A stretch of DNA of 64,000 nt from Candidatus Hydrogenedentota bacterium (GTDB lineage Bacteria > Hydrogenedentota > Hydrogenedentia > Hydrogenedentales > SLHB01), in assembly GCA_963668025.2 (NCBI GenBank), contig CAXXTH010000008.1:1-64000 (forward strand), given 5' to 3'. Under the pieces are notes generated by a model, which did no database searches, was not told where the DNA came from, and saw only the letters and a list, made by a program, of their open reading frames with translations. The position numbers were made by a program, and so were the translations under genes. This document shows, piece by piece, positions 42,060 through 53,173 of this stretch (position 1 is the stretch's first letter; the number at the start of each line of letters is the position of its first letter).

Positions 42060-43037
42060 TTATGATTGCGCCGGTTGCGCCGCGTTGGCTGCCAGCCACT
42101 CTTGAGCGCTCGCCGCCGCTTTGGTGTCCGAGAATTGTTCCACTACGACTTGGTAATAAATACGCGCTGCGTCAAACCGGCGCCGACGTTCATAGAATTT
42201 CGCCGTGAGCAAGCGCTGCTGCGCCATGCGCTCACGCATCTCCGCACGCTTAGGAGCCAACTCGCCCGCCCGTGCATCGCTCGGATACCGGGTGGTGAAA
42301 TCATCCATGGCTTCCACCGCCAGGCGGCTGGGAGTCTGGTCATATTCCGGTCGGAGCGACGCCTCATAATAACATGAAGCCAAACCATAACTGGCTTCAT
42401 CCATCCAATCCGAACCGGAATAGTCCTCGATCACCCGCTTGTATTCATAAGCGGCTTCCACATAATGCTTTAGCGCTTGCTGGCATAAGCCCACCTTGTA
42501 TTGGGCTTCTGCTGCGGCAGGCGTGAACGGCTGATTGTCCACCACCATATTATATACTTCGATTGCCCGCTTATACGGACGCTTTTTGAGAAAAGTCCAC
42601 CAGCTTTTGCTTTGGCTCTTTTTTTGCCCTCGTTCAAAGTACTGGTCGCCGATCTCATATTGCATCTTTATCACTTGGCTGTAGAGATCACTATCGGGAT
42701 ACTTCGACACGACTTGCTGGAGTTGCTTGGCTGCGTCCATATTTTTGCCTTGTTTCAGCAGGATCTCCGCGCGCAAAAACTGGTTGTCATCCGCATATTC
42801 CGAATCGCTATAGTAATCGTCAAATTTTTCCGTCTCCCGGACGGCTTTTTTATATTGCCCATCCAGCATAAGGCCTCGGGCATATTCCACTTGCAGCTCA
42901 GCAGTCTCTTTAGGGAGCTTCTTCATGTTGATCCAGCGGCCCGTCTGTGGGGTCCACGTCCACTGCGCACTGGATTCTACACTGATCAGCAGCACCATAA
43001 CCGCCACGGCCGCCACCGCACCGATTCGATATCGCAT
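42060..43037 (-). CDS. bamD: Outer membrane assembly factor BamD-like TPR protein
   Basis: Signal peptide, TPRs, YDQT, YPS, AKFYERR motifs. Confidence 0.82.
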   Translation of the reverse strand: MRYRIGAVAAVAVMVLLISVESSAQWTWTPQTGRWINMKKLPKETAELQVEYARGLMLDGQYKKAVRETEKFDDYYSDSEYADDNQFLRAEILLKQGKNMDAAKQLQQVVSKYPDSDLYSQVIKMQYEIGDQYFERGQKKSQSKSWWTFLKKRPYKRAIEVYNMVVDNQPFTPAAAEAQYKVGLCQQALKHYVEAAYEYKRVIEDYSGSDWMDEASYGLASCYYEASLRPEYDQTPSRLAVEAMDDFTTRYPSDARAGELAPKRAEMRERMAQQRLLTAKFYERRRRFDAARIYYQVVVEQFSDTKAAASAQEWLAANAAQPAQS

Positions 43038-43494
43038 GCCTTCGCCTCCAAACATTATTTTGCTGCCCCCAGATTACCGGCCGGGCGGCCGCGGATAATC
43101 AACGCATACCGCTCTTCTGACAAGTACATGCTACACGCCTGCCGGTATGCTCATCCCGAAAGAAGATAGTAACAGCACCAGCCTTATCAAGGCAAGTTCG
43201 ATGCATGTCTGATGATGCCTGGGGAAAAACGGCGCTTTTTGGAGGCAAGCATGTGAACACGCTTCACATAGCAGGCGTTACTCGGAACACGTGTTGGTAT
43301 CCGCCACGGAAAAGGCAAGGATAGGCATGCTGGATAGTACGATCTCCCCGCGGCAAATCGAGCGATATCAAACAGGAGGCTTTCCCGCCATCGAGTATTT
43401 TCTCCCCATGGTGAATTAAGAGACTTGTGTAATATAGTTGCAGATATATATACCTAAAGCTTGTTCTTTTTTTTTGCCGCGCACGAAAAAAAAC

Positions 43495-43541
43495 TTGCAA
43501 GGAGGTTATTTTCATGGTATAGTTTCAAACAAACGATTGAA
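43495..43541 (+). promoter_or_regulatory. Promoter TTGCAA-N17-TATAGT plus putative TetR operator TTCAAACAAACGATTGAA
   Basis: Consensus spacing with TG extension; imperfect palindrome 43524-43541 just downstream of the -10 box. Confidence 0.6.
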
Positions 43542-43573
43542 TAAAACGATAGTATGAGGTCACAGAAGACATC

Positions 43574-44242
43574 GTGAATCAGGAATATTCAGGCACCAAA
43601 CTCGCCCTCCTCTTAGCCGCCGGGGAGCTATTTGCGGAATATGGCCTCGAAGGGGCCAGCATTCGCGCCATTGCCGAGAAAGCCGGGGCGAATATTGCCG
43701 CTATTAATTACCACTTTGGCAGCAAGGAGAGCCTGTTTCTCGCCGTTGTGAATCATCTCATGCAGGAAAACTTCGAAAAAATAAACCTGGATGAGCATTT
43801 GGCGCGTGCGCACACATTGCGAAAACCCGAGGAATTCTCCGAGTTAATTCGCGATATGGTGTATCGGCGTTTTCAAGTTTTTTTTGATACCGCAGAGCCT
43901 GAATGGCATATCCGTCTTTTTTTGCGAGTGTTCTTGGAGTCAGCAGCTCTACTGGAGGATTTAGTTCATAAATGCTTCGATCCGGATTTATATGCGGTGC
44001 AACAGATTTTTCGTTTGGTGAATCCTCGCCTGAATGAAGATGAAGTAGAGCAGTTCGCACTAGGCTTTATGGCGCATATTTCGTTTTTCTGCATCTCCAA
44101 AATGCCCATTCTAGTGCATCTCAAGCAAGATAAGTATTCGGAAGCTTTTTTGAAACAAACGGCTGACCATATCATCAAGTTGATAACAGCCGGTTTAGGA
44201 TTGCCTAATCCCGTAAGAACGACGATGACGGTAAGCAACTAA
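43574..44242 (+). CDS. TetR-family regulator (CecR-like)
   Basis: LFAEYG...SIRAIAEKAGANIAAINYHFGSKE. Confidence 0.92.
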   Translation: MNQEYSGTKLALLLAAGELFAEYGLEGASIRAIAEKAGANIAAINYHFGSKESLFLAVVNHLMQENFEKINLDEHLARAHTLRKPEEFSELIRDMVYRRFQVFFDTAEPEWHIRLFLRVFLESAALLEDLVHKCFDPDLYAVQQIFRLVNPRLNEDEVEQFALGFMAHISFFCISKMPILVHLKQDKYSEAFLKQTADHIIKLITAGLGLPNPVRTTMTVSN

Positions 44243-44262
44243 GAGTTTAGGGAGTGCCAAAC

Positions 44263-45477
44263 ATGCGTAAAAGTAAAAAGCTCATCGGAATTATGCTGGT
44301 GGGTGTTGGTGTCGTGCTGGCGTTTGCAGCGGTTTTTTATTTCCGCTTGGACGGAAAAGAGCCGCGTGCGCTGGCGTCTACGCCAGAAACGCAACCTGAA
44401 CAGCGGCGTATGCCTGTAGTCGTAGCGCCTCTGGCGGAGCGTGATTTTGTCGAAAAGCTTGTAGTCCAAGGCAATTGCAACGCAAAGCGTTTTGCCATGG
44501 TTCCCTCGAGAGTTGGTGGCACCATCGAAGCGCTGTATGTCGATGAGGGCGATACGGTCGTTGAAGGCGAGACCAAACTCTTTCAGGTGGATTCCCTGAA
44601 ACTCCAGAAAGCGCTGGATATGGCCCGGCAGGAGCTTGCCGTGGCGCAATGCGGCCTTCGCGAAAAAGAAGCAAACCGCGAGCAAGTCATCGCGGACTAC
44701 GATAAGGCAAAAATCGACTACGAGCGCTACCAAAAACTCTATAAGGACGAGGCGGTATCGCTGAACGTGCTGGAACAAATGGAGACGCGCTTCAAACAAG
44801 CCCAGGCCATGAGCAAGCACGCGGACAGCCTGGTGGATCTCGCAACCGAGCAGGAACGCCAGGCTAGGGCTTCTCTCGTGATGGCGGAAAAAGACCTCAG
44901 CGATTCCCTGGTGCTGGCGCCGTTAAGCGGAAGCATCAGCAAAAAATTTCAAGAACTGGGCGAGATGGCGGAAGTCGGCAAGCCCATTTTTCGCGTGGAT
45001 GATCTCTCAACCATCGAAGCCAGCGCATTGCTTCCCGCGCAATACTATGAGCGCGTTCAGGCGAATGTTACGCCCATGCGTATAAAAGTGTATGGCGTGG
45101 ATGCCGGTGAATATCCCATTACGTACAAGAGCCCCACCATTGATGAAACCATCCGTTCGTTCGAGGTGAAATGCATCATCAATAATCCGCCGCAAGGAGT
45201 GGCCCCCGGGGCCATGGCGGATATCGAAGTGGTCCTCGAGCGCCGACACGGCCTGGGCGCGCCTTCGAGCGCCATTTTATCGCGCGGCGGCGGCAGTGTC
45301 CTTTTCACCATCGAGAATGAACTTGCGAAAAGCATCGAGGTGAAAACAGGCCTCGAGTCGGATGGCTGGACGGAGCTCATTAATGACGTATTGAAACCGG
45401 GCACGCCAGTGGTCACCGTGGGACAGAACATGCTCAACAATGGCTCCCCCGTAAACGTGCAGCAGGAGAAATCCTGA
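44263..45477 (+). CDS. RND efflux periplasmic adaptor
   Basis: N-terminal TM, GTIEALYVDEGD, coiled hairpin, APLSG, PGAMA. Confidence 0.93.
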   Translation: MRKSKKLIGIMLVGVGVVLAFAAVFYFRLDGKEPRALASTPETQPEQRRMPVVVAPLAERDFVEKLVVQGNCNAKRFAMVPSRVGGTIEALYVDEGDTVVEGETKLFQVDSLKLQKALDMARQELAVAQCGLREKEANREQVIADYDKAKIDYERYQKLYKDEAVSLNVLEQMETRFKQAQAMSKHADSLVDLATEQERQARASLVMAEKDLSDSLVLAPLSGSISKKFQELGEMAEVGKPIFRVDDLSTIEASALLPAQYYERVQANVTPMRIKVYGVDAGEYPITYKSPTIDETIRSFEVKCIINNPPQGVAPGAMADIEVVLERRHGLGAPSSAILSRGGGSVLFTIENELAKSIEVKTGLESDGWTELINDVLKPGTPVVTVGQNMLNNGSPVNVQQEKS

Positions 45478-45558
45478 CGGTCCATCTTTCAGAAGTAGGG
45501 CCGTGGGCGCATCCACGGCCCATGAAACACACCCCATCTTCCATGAAGGGCTAAGTCT

Positions 45559-48500
45559 ATGTTTTTATCGAACGCTTCGATTCGCCGCCCCATCGCCATG
45601 TCGTGCCTGATCATCGCGCTGGCCGCATTGGGCTTCAATTCATATCGCAAACTCGGCCTGGAGCTGCTCCCGTCCGTGGATATTCCCTATGTCACGGTGG
45701 TGACCACCTATCCCGGCGCAAGCCCATCGGAAATAGAAACGGATGTGGCCAAGCCCATCGAGGATGCCGTCGTCACCATCGATGGCCTCAAGCATGTCAC
45801 ATCTTCCTGCATGGAAGATGCTTGCCAAACCATGATCGAGTTCAACCTTGATGTAAACGTGGATGTCGCGGCCACCGACGTGCGGGATAAAATCGACCTA
45901 ATCATAAATGACTTTCCCGAAGGCGTCGAAAAGCCAAAAGTTCTTAAATATGATATCAACGCCCAGCCCGTCATCAGCCTGGCGCTCACAGGCGATGCGA
46001 CCGTCGAAGAGTTGTACGATTTCGCCGACAACACTTTGAGCGACCGCATCTCGACATTGTCAGGGGTGGCGGAAGTGCAATTGGTGGGTGGCAGCGAACG
46101 AGAGGTGCATGTCGAGCTCGACCGCCAGCGCCTCGCCGAGCGTGGGCTGACCACGATGAATATCGTGCAAGCCATTCAAGGAGGAGTCCGCACCATTCCC
46201 TCGGGGCGCGTACGCGAGGACGGCTCCGAATACAATGTCAAGTTTGACGCGGATTACTCGGCGGTCGCCGACATGGGCAATCTGGAAATCCCCACGCAGA
46301 GCGCATCCAGATGCTACATAAAAGATCTGGGCGATGTCATCATGACTACGGAAGAACAACGCCAGCTTTCTTATGTGGATGGCCGGCCTTGCATTGCGAT
46401 CAGCGTGGTCAAAAAAGCAGATGCAAACGCAGTCGAGGTGGTGAACCGGGTTCGCAAAGCCATGGACAAGCTAAGAGCAGAACTCCCCGGAGGTATGGAG
46501 CTGCTATGGGTTACGGATGATGGGGCGTTCATCAAGGCCTCGGTGGATGGCACCACGAGCAATATTATTCAAGGCATATTGCTTACCGCGGCTATCTTGT
46601 TCTTTTTCCTGTACAATCTACGCTCGACATTCATCGTAGCACTGACTATGCCGCTCACGATCATCATCGGGATACTCGGCATGAGCGCCATGGGCTACAC
46701 CCTCAACGTTTCCACGTTGCTGGCCATCGGCCTCTCGGTGGGCGTGCTGGTGACCAACTCGATTGTAGTGCTCGAGAGCATCATCAAGCGTTTCCACGCG
46801 GGAGAAAGCGCGCTAGAGGCGAGCCGCGAAGGCGCCAGCGAAGTAGGCGTGGCCGTAAGCGCCAGCGCGCTAACCAATCTTGTGGTGCTGATCCCCGTGG
46901 CGCTCATGAGCAGTCTCGTGGGCAGTTTCTTTACCCCATTTGCACTCACCACCATCTTCGTCACGGTTGCTTCTCTCTTCATCTCCTTCACTCTAACCCC
47001 CATTCTCGCATCAAAAATGCTCAAACGCTCCGGAAAGATAGGGATATTAACCTGGATGGAGCAGCGCTGGAACACGTTTTTTGATGGAATTACGCGTGTG
47101 TACGAACGCATGCTCCGATTTTTAGCGCGCCACCGCTGGGCGGCAGGCAGCGTGCTGCTGCTTTCATTGATTATGCTTTTTCACGCATTCCACATCGCAG
47201 GAACCCTTGGTTTTAGCTTCTTTTCCGAGTCTGACCGCGGTGAAATGATGGTCAAACTGGAATTCCCCACCGGATATGATCTGAACCACACGCGGGAGCG
47301 CGTGTTGGAGATGGAAAAAGCGGTCAAGGATTTGCCCGGATTACAGCATATCTTGACGAATATCGGCAAGGTCGAGGGCGCTGTGGGCCAATCGTCCGAG
47401 GGTGTTTACCTTGCCCAGCTTCTGCTCAAATTCAATGATAAAAACGAAAGGCCTCTTGGAATTTGGGAGCTTCAAGACGAAGTGCGCAAACGGTTTGCGC
47501 CATTTCCCGACTGTATTGTGGCGGCTCAAATCAAAAGCGCCGCAGGCGGGCAGGAAGCCCCTATCCAGTTTCAAGTCTCTGGCGATGACATCACCCAGCT
47601 CGAACAAATCGCCCTGAAGTCAGCGGAACTAGCGGGCGCTATACCAGGAATTGTAACACCCGATACGACCGTGCGCCAAGGCAAGCCCGAGCTCCGGATC
47701 CATCCCAGTCGGCCGGTGTTGTCCGATATGAACGTAGTGGCTACAGATATGGGTTACATGTTGCGCGCCAACCTCGAAGGGCTTAAAGCGGGTGTTTTCA
47801 AGCAAGGCGCGCGCACCTATGACATTCGAGTGAAACTCAAAGAAGAAGAAGGCAAAGCCCAGGTTCCCGAGTTCCTCTTTCCTGGCGCTCCGGGCCGCCC
47901 TCTATTGCTGTCAAACGTGGCGAGCATCGAAAACCGGATCGCCCCGGTCCAGATCACCCGAAACGACAAGCAGCGCGTCGCGCGCGTATATGCGAATTTG
48001 GAACAAAGCCTTCCCCTGGGAACGGCGGTGCAGAAGCTCAGCAAAGAAGTGGATGAAAAGGCTGGCTTGCCATCTGGATACTCTTACCGGTTCGTAGGCG
48101 ACTATGAAATGATGAGCGACGCTGCGGCTGATTTCGCGGAAGCGGGGCTTATCGCCATCGTGCTGACCTATCTCGTGCTGGCGGCTATCCTCGAATCATT
48201 CACGCAGCCGTTCCTGATACTCGTCACATTGCCGCTAGGAATGATCGGCGTGTTTTATTCCCTGTATATAACCGGCGAGAGCATCTCGATGTTCGTGCTT
48301 CTGGGCTGCGTGATGCTCATCGGCATCGTGGTGAACAACGCCATCCTAATCATTGACGAGGTGAACCAGCAGGTGCGTTCAGGTGTAAATCCCCGAAACG
48401 CCATGATTCACGCGGCGGCCGATCAATTCAGGCCCGTGGTCATGATCACCTTGGCTGCGGTATTGGGCATGCTGCCTCTGGCCACCAGCAACGGCCTGGG

Positions 48501-48648
48501 CAGCGAAATGCAAACGGGCATTGGCATCGCGTCCGTGGGCGGCATCGCGGTATCTGCACTGCTGACATTGCTCGTGATTCCAGTGCTTTACGGCGTCTTC
48601 ACCCGGGATCCGGACAAGGACAAAAAAAAAGAAGAGCCGAAAGCATGA
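45559..48648 (+). CDS. RND efflux permease (AcrB/HAE1-like)
   Basis: SIRRP, YPGASP, GIVVNNAIL, RPVVMIT, GMLPLA; 1029 aa. Confidence 0.96.
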   Translation: MFLSNASIRRPIAMSCLIIALAALGFNSYRKLGLELLPSVDIPYVTVVTTYPGASPSEIETDVAKPIEDAVVTIDGLKHVTSSCMEDACQTMIEFNLDVNVDVAATDVRDKIDLIINDFPEGVEKPKVLKYDINAQPVISLALTGDATVEELYDFADNTLSDRISTLSGVAEVQLVGGSEREVHVELDRQRLAERGLTTMNIVQAIQGGVRTIPSGRVREDGSEYNVKFDADYSAVADMGNLEIPTQSASRCYIKDLGDVIMTTEEQRQLSYVDGRPCIAISVVKKADANAVEVVNRVRKAMDKLRAELPGGMELLWVTDDGAFIKASVDGTTSNIIQGILLTAAILFFFLYNLRSTFIVALTMPLTIIIGILGMSAMGYTLNVSTLLAIGLSVGVLVTNSIVVLESIIKRFHAGESALEASREGASEVGVAVSASALTNLVVLIPVALMSSLVGSFFTPFALTTIFVTVASLFISFTLTPILASKMLKRSGKIGILTWMEQRWNTFFDGITRVYERMLRFLARHRWAAGSVLLLSLIMLFHAFHIAGTLGFSFFSESDRGEMMVKLEFPTGYDLNHTRERVLEMEKAVKDLPGLQHILTNIGKVEGAVGQSSEGVYLAQLLLKFNDKNERPLGIWELQDEVRKRFAPFPDCIVAAQIKSAAGGQEAPIQFQVSGDDITQLEQIALKSAELAGAIPGIVTPDTTVRQGKPELRIHPSRPVLSDMNVVATDMGYMLRANLEGLKAGVFKQGARTYDIRVKLKEEEGKAQVPEFLFPGAPGRPLLLSNVASIENRIAPVQITRNDKQRVARVYANLEQSLPLGTAVQKLSKEVDEKAGLPSGYSYRFVGDYEMMSDAAADFAEAGLIAIVLTYLVLAAILESFTQPFLILVTLPLGMIGVFYSLYITGESISMFVLLGCVMLIGIVVNNAILIIDEVNQQVRSGVNPRNAMIHAAADQFRPVVMITLAAVLGMLPLATSNGLGSEMQTGIGIASVGGIAVSALLTLLVIPVLYGVFTRDPDKDKKKEEPKA

Positions 48649-48662
48649 TGCCGGAGAAGATC

Positions 48663-48829
48663 AACATGAAGGCGCAAAGACACAAAGAGTTATAAGTGAT
48701 TGTTTGCCTATTGTGATTTTTTCTTAACTAATAGTATTACAATATCTACACATAACTAATACTGAATCTATTGGCGCTAAATGCAACGAAATCCGTACGA
48801 GCCTCTTTGTGTCTTGGCGCCTTTGTGTT
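48663..48829. repeat. 27-bp inverted repeat (AAGACACAAAG-type) around an AT-rich core
   Basis: 48663-48689 versus 48803-48829, between convergent genes. Confidence 0.7.
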
Positions 48830-49889
48830 AGATTCTTTCCTTTCCGAGGATCTGGCGGATGGCGTCCAGGAGCGTGTCGATTTCCTGATCCGTGCCGACG
48901 CTGATGCGCAAGGCGTTATTCAGCCTGCGGGCATCAAAATAGCGCACCACGATGGCGCGTTCTCGCAAGCGCTCAAAAATCACCCGCGCGGATGGCTCGC
49001 CGTTCCGTTGGGCGAAAACAAAGTTCGACTGCGAGGGAGGCACGCAAAAGCCAAGGGCCTCGAGGGCGTCCTTGAGCCGGGCCCGCGTGGCGCGTACGCG
49101 CTGGACATTCGCGCGCATGTACTCATAATCCGTGAAGGCCGCCAGCGCCGCCGCCTGGCAAGCCGCGTTCATGTTATACGAATCCTTCGTCTTTATATAT
49201 TCCACGATCAGCTCAGGACGCGCCACCGCCAGCCCTACGCGGAGCCCCGCAAGGCTGAATGACTTCGAGAAAGTCCGTCCGATGATGACATTGTCGAACC
49301 GTTTCGGGAAATCCATGCAGTTGTCATCCGAAAAATCAACATACGCTTCGTCAATAAACACCAAGCCATCGAAATTTTTGCAAAACTGCGCCACTTGCTC
49401 CTTCGGGAACGCGACGCCGCTGGGCGCATTCGGCCGGGGCAGAAACACCAGGCGGGCGGGTGTCCGCATGAACGTCTCCGTAAGTTGAAAATGCTCGTCC
49501 AGATCCACTTCCGCAATGCGCGCGCCATGAAGCTGGGCCAGTGTTTCGTACAGCGTATAGGTGGGATATGTGGTCAAAATCGTATCGCCAGGATCAACAA
49601 AGGTCCGCACGGTCATGGCGAGAATCTCATCCATGCCGTTTCCCGCCACCACCCAATCCGCGCTGCCGTACCCAAAACGCTGGGCGCAGGCCTCGCGCAG
49701 CGCCAAGGAAAGCGGATCGGGATACCGGCGGATCGAACGCGCATCCAGTCCTTGTAAAGCCTCAAGTACGCGTGGTGAGGGAGGATACGGACTCTCGTTG
49801 GTGTTCAGCTTAATGATATTCGGCATCTTGGGCTGATCGCCCGGCGTATAGCCTTCCACTTCCTTCAGCATGTTTCTTCCATACTTCAT
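48828..49889 (-). CDS. hisC: Histidinol-phosphate aminotransferase
   Basis: KLNTNESPY, GNGMDE, DEAYVDF, RTFSKSFSLAGLRVG. Confidence 0.97.
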   Translation of the reverse strand: MKYGRNMLKEVEGYTPGDQPKMPNIIKLNTNESPYPPSPRVLEALQGLDARSIRRYPDPLSLALREACAQRFGYGSADWVVAGNGMDEILAMTVRTFVDPGDTILTTYPTYTLYETLAQLHGARIAEVDLDEHFQLTETFMRTPARLVFLPRPNAPSGVAFPKEQVAQFCKNFDGLVFIDEAYVDFSDDNCMDFPKRFDNVIIGRTFSKSFSLAGLRVGLAVARPELIVEYIKTKDSYNMNAACQAAALAAFTDYEYMRANVQRVRATRARLKDALEALGFCVPPSQSNFVFAQRNGEPSARVIFERLRERAIVVRYFDARRLNNALRISVGTDQEIDTLLDAIRQILGKERI

Positions 49890-51186
49890 CGGCGCAACTC
49901 CACGGCCTTGGCGTGTGCGGTAAGCTTTTCCGCCTTGGCCAGCATGATGATATCGTCCGCATCGCGCCGTATACGCTCGCGCGAATACGAGACGAAATTG
50001 GTCACTTTACGAAAGTCCTCGACCGTCAACGGCGAAGAAAAGCGCGCCCGGCGGCGCCTGTCGGCAAGATGTGATTCGGTCCAGCATAATAATCAGAGAC
50101 GGCCACCGGCGTATTGGCGCCAATCATGATCGCCCCGGCATTGCGCACTTTGTCGAATATCTTCATGGGCACATCCACCTGGATGGCGAGATGCTCCGGC
50201 GCAATGATATCAGTGAGGCGTACGGCTTCATCCAGGCTGCGCACTACAAAGGCCGCGCCATACCCATCAAGGGATTGGCGGATATAGTCCGCACGCGACA
50301 GCGTGGGGAGGAGGCCCTCGATAGCCATTTGAACCTCTTCCACTTTTTCTCTCGAAAGCGCGATGAGCGTCGTGGGCGAATCGGCGTTGTGTTCCGCCTG
50401 GCTCATGAGTTCAATGGCCGCAAGTTTCGGGTCCGCATGATCATCCACGATGACTACCACATCGGAAGGCCCCGCCTCCTTATCGATCGCGCAGACATTC
50501 GAAATAAGCCGTTTCGCCAAGGTCACATAGGCGCTTCCCGGCCCTGTGATTTTCACCACCCTTGGGATAGTCTCCGTGCCATACGCCAGCGCGGCGATGC
50601 CAGCCGTTCCGCTCACCCGGAAAATGCGCGTCGCGCCGCCAATACGCGCTGCGGCGAGCGCGAGGGGGTGGATCGTCCCGTTGTACGTAGGCGGCGACAC
50701 CATAATGATCTCTTTTACGCCGGCGGCTTTGGCCGGAACGAGGTTCATCAAGGCGGAAGAAGGGTAAAATGCCGTAGCTCCTGGCACGAATACGCCCGCG
50801 CTATCGAGCGGCGTCACACGCTGGCCCATCATGGTGCCGTCTTCGGAGGTTTCCTCCCACGATTGAAGCACATTCTTCTCATGGAAACGGCGTATATTGT
50901 CATGGGCGCGCTCCAGCGCCGCCACCAATTCCTGATCGGCTTCCGCCATGGCCTTTGCCATGTCGTCCTTGGTGATCTCGAATTGGCTGGGCTGTAGCGA
51001 GATTTTCTCGAACCGCTCCGTATACTCGGTTACGGCCGCATCGCCGCGTATGCGGACATCATCCACTATCGCGCGGACCGCTTCGAGTTTGTCCGAGTAA
51101 TCCGCGTTATCCTCCGCTTCGCGGGAGACGCAAAAAGCTTCCGCCTCGTTGAAGGCGGCGTCATCCGTGATCTCGAATAGCTTCAT
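49886..51186 (-). CDS. hisD: Histidinol dehydrogenase; frameshift near 50055
   Basis: GPG..YV..AK, AGPSD, SQAEH, APEHL, GPNHILPT; ARFSSPLTVEDF...AHA C-terminus lies in another frame and ends in ATGA overlap with hisC. Confidence 0.93.
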
Positions 51187-51206
51187 GTCTAATCCTTCCG
51201 CGGTTA

Positions 51207-52461
51207 CTATTCACGCACACGCCGGATATCCGCGCCTAAAGCGGATAAGCGCTCTTCAATCCGCTCATACCCGCGGTCAATGTGGTATACGCGCGAGATG
51301 GCAGTCTCGCCTTTTGCCGCAATCAATCCTGCGATAACAAGCGCCGCGCTCGCGCGCAGATCGGACGCCATAACTGGGGCTCCGCTTAACGCGGGCACGC
51401 CGCGCACCACCGCCGAGTTGCCATCCACATCTATTACCGCGCCCATGCGCATCAGTTCAGAGACTTGCATGAACCGGTTCTCGAAGACGGTTTCCTTGAT
51501 CGTGCTTACGCCCTGGGCAACGCATAGCATAGCCATCATTTGCGCCTGTACGTCCGTGGGAAACCCGGGAAACGGCTGCGTGGTGATTTCGAGTCCTTTA
51601 AAACCGTTTTTGGCTGTGGCGCGAATCTGGCTGCCTTGCGTATGCACCTCCGCACCTGATTCCGAGAGCTTGTCGAGAAATGCCGTAAGGAACTCCGGGT
51701 CCACATCTTGCACCGTAACATCACCGTGCGTGGCGACGCCAGCAATTAAAAACGTAGCCGCTTCGATGCGATCCCCAATGACCACATGCTCCGCGCCGTT
51801 CAAGGCGTCCACACCCACGATGGTGATAAAATCCCGTTCCCGCGCCCGAGATCCGCGCGCCCATGCTGTTCAGGAAATGGGCGAGATCGATGATTTCCGG
51901 TTCACGCGCCACATTGCTGAGGCGGGTGACTCCTTTGGCGCGGCAAGCCGCCATCATGAGATTCTCCGTAGCGCCCACACTGGGAAAATCCAGTGTGTAG
52001 TCCGCGCCCGTAAGAAGCCCCTCCGCCATCACATAGCCTTCTTCAATGTTGATTTTCGCGCCTAACGCTTCCAGGCCTTTGAGATGGATGTCCACCGGGC
52101 GCGTTCCAATGGCGCAGCCACCAGGCAATGACACGCGGGCGCGGCCCAAACGGCCCAGGAGGGGGCCTAAAACAAAAAACGAAGCCCGCATCTTGCGCAC
52201 CAGATCATAAGGCGCTTCCTGGCCGCACAGGTTCGATGAATCCAGCGTCATGTAGCGGCCCGTGAACTCGATGGACATGCCCATGCCGGACAGGATCTTG
52301 TCCATGGTGAAAATGTCATGCAAGCAAGGCACATTGTGAAGCGTGCAAGGCTGTTCCGCCAGAATCGCCGCCGCCATGAGCGGCAATGTCGAGTTCTTGG
52401 CCCCACGTATTTGAACGGAGCCTTTTAATGGCTTTCCGCCCCGAACGAGTATCTTATCCAA
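51207..52461 (-). CDS. murA: UDP-N-acetylglucosamine 1-carboxyvinyltransferase; +1 frameshift near 51834
   Basis: GAKNS, MRAS, LPGGCAIGTRP, DRIEA, PGFPTD, DLRASAAL, HIDRGYE. Confidence 0.95.
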
Positions 52462-52621
52462 ACCGTACAACCTCGTCTTTCCACACCCAATGGGGTGGCG
52501 CTTATCAGTAAACGACGTTCTGAAAACAATAGGCCCAAAGCATCTCCGCACTTTGGGCCAAATTGTCTCTGCAATTTCTATTGGACTCCCCATGAAACGG
52601 ATGGATAGCCCAATGACACGT

Positions 52622-53128
52622 CTAGTTTGCGGCTTCTTCTGGCGCCGCCGCCGGAGCAGGAGTCTCTGCTGCCGGGGCGGGAGTTGCTTCCGCTGGCGCG
52701 GGCGTCTCCGCTGCCGGTGCTGGGGTGGCTGCTGCTGGCGTAGCCGCGGCGCCGCTTGCCTCATCACTATATTTGGAGCCGAGGCCCATATCGTCGAGAG
52801 CTTGCGATTCCGCCGATTCGGCCATTTCATCCGACGTGATAAGCTCAGGCGCACTGCCGCTAGTGATTCGGGACTGCACCACGGACAAAGAAAACGCCAG
52901 CACGACAAAGATAACCGACATCACATAAGTCAGCCGCACAGGCAGGCTTTTGCTCGCACGCGGGCCAAAAACAGCTTCTGAACCGGCCCCCATGCCGAAT
53001 GCGCCCGCAAATCCCGCCCCTTTGCCTTTTTGAAGGAGCACGATACCAATCAAACCCAAACAACTCGGCACATATAAAACCCACATTAGCACGCGCACCG
53101 CCTGCCAGCTAAAAATCGTCTCCAGCAT
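52622..53128 (-). CDS. secG: Preprotein translocase subunit SecG with Ala/Pro-rich tail
   Basis: VLLQKGKGAG...FG, two TMs; downstream of tpiA. Confidence 0.9.
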   Translation of the reverse strand: MLETIFSWQAVRVLMWVLYVPSCLGLIGIVLLQKGKGAGFAGAFGMGAGSEAVFGPRASKSLPVRLTYVMSVIFVVLAFSLSVVQSRITSGSAPELITSDEMAESAESQALDDMGLGSKYSDEASGAAATPAAATPAPAAETPAPAEATPAPAAETPAPAAAPEEAAN

Positions 53129-53173
53129 TTTTCGATGTCCTTAACCCGGGCGCACGCGGCGCTATCCGGGCGG

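Noticed and set aside
52462-52621. tRNA-Leu often found after secG
   Set aside because: No cloverleaf or TTCRA T-loop; only one hairpin near 52531-52559
52630-52760. Tandem DNA repeat
   Set aside because: It encodes the Ala/Pro-rich SecG tail
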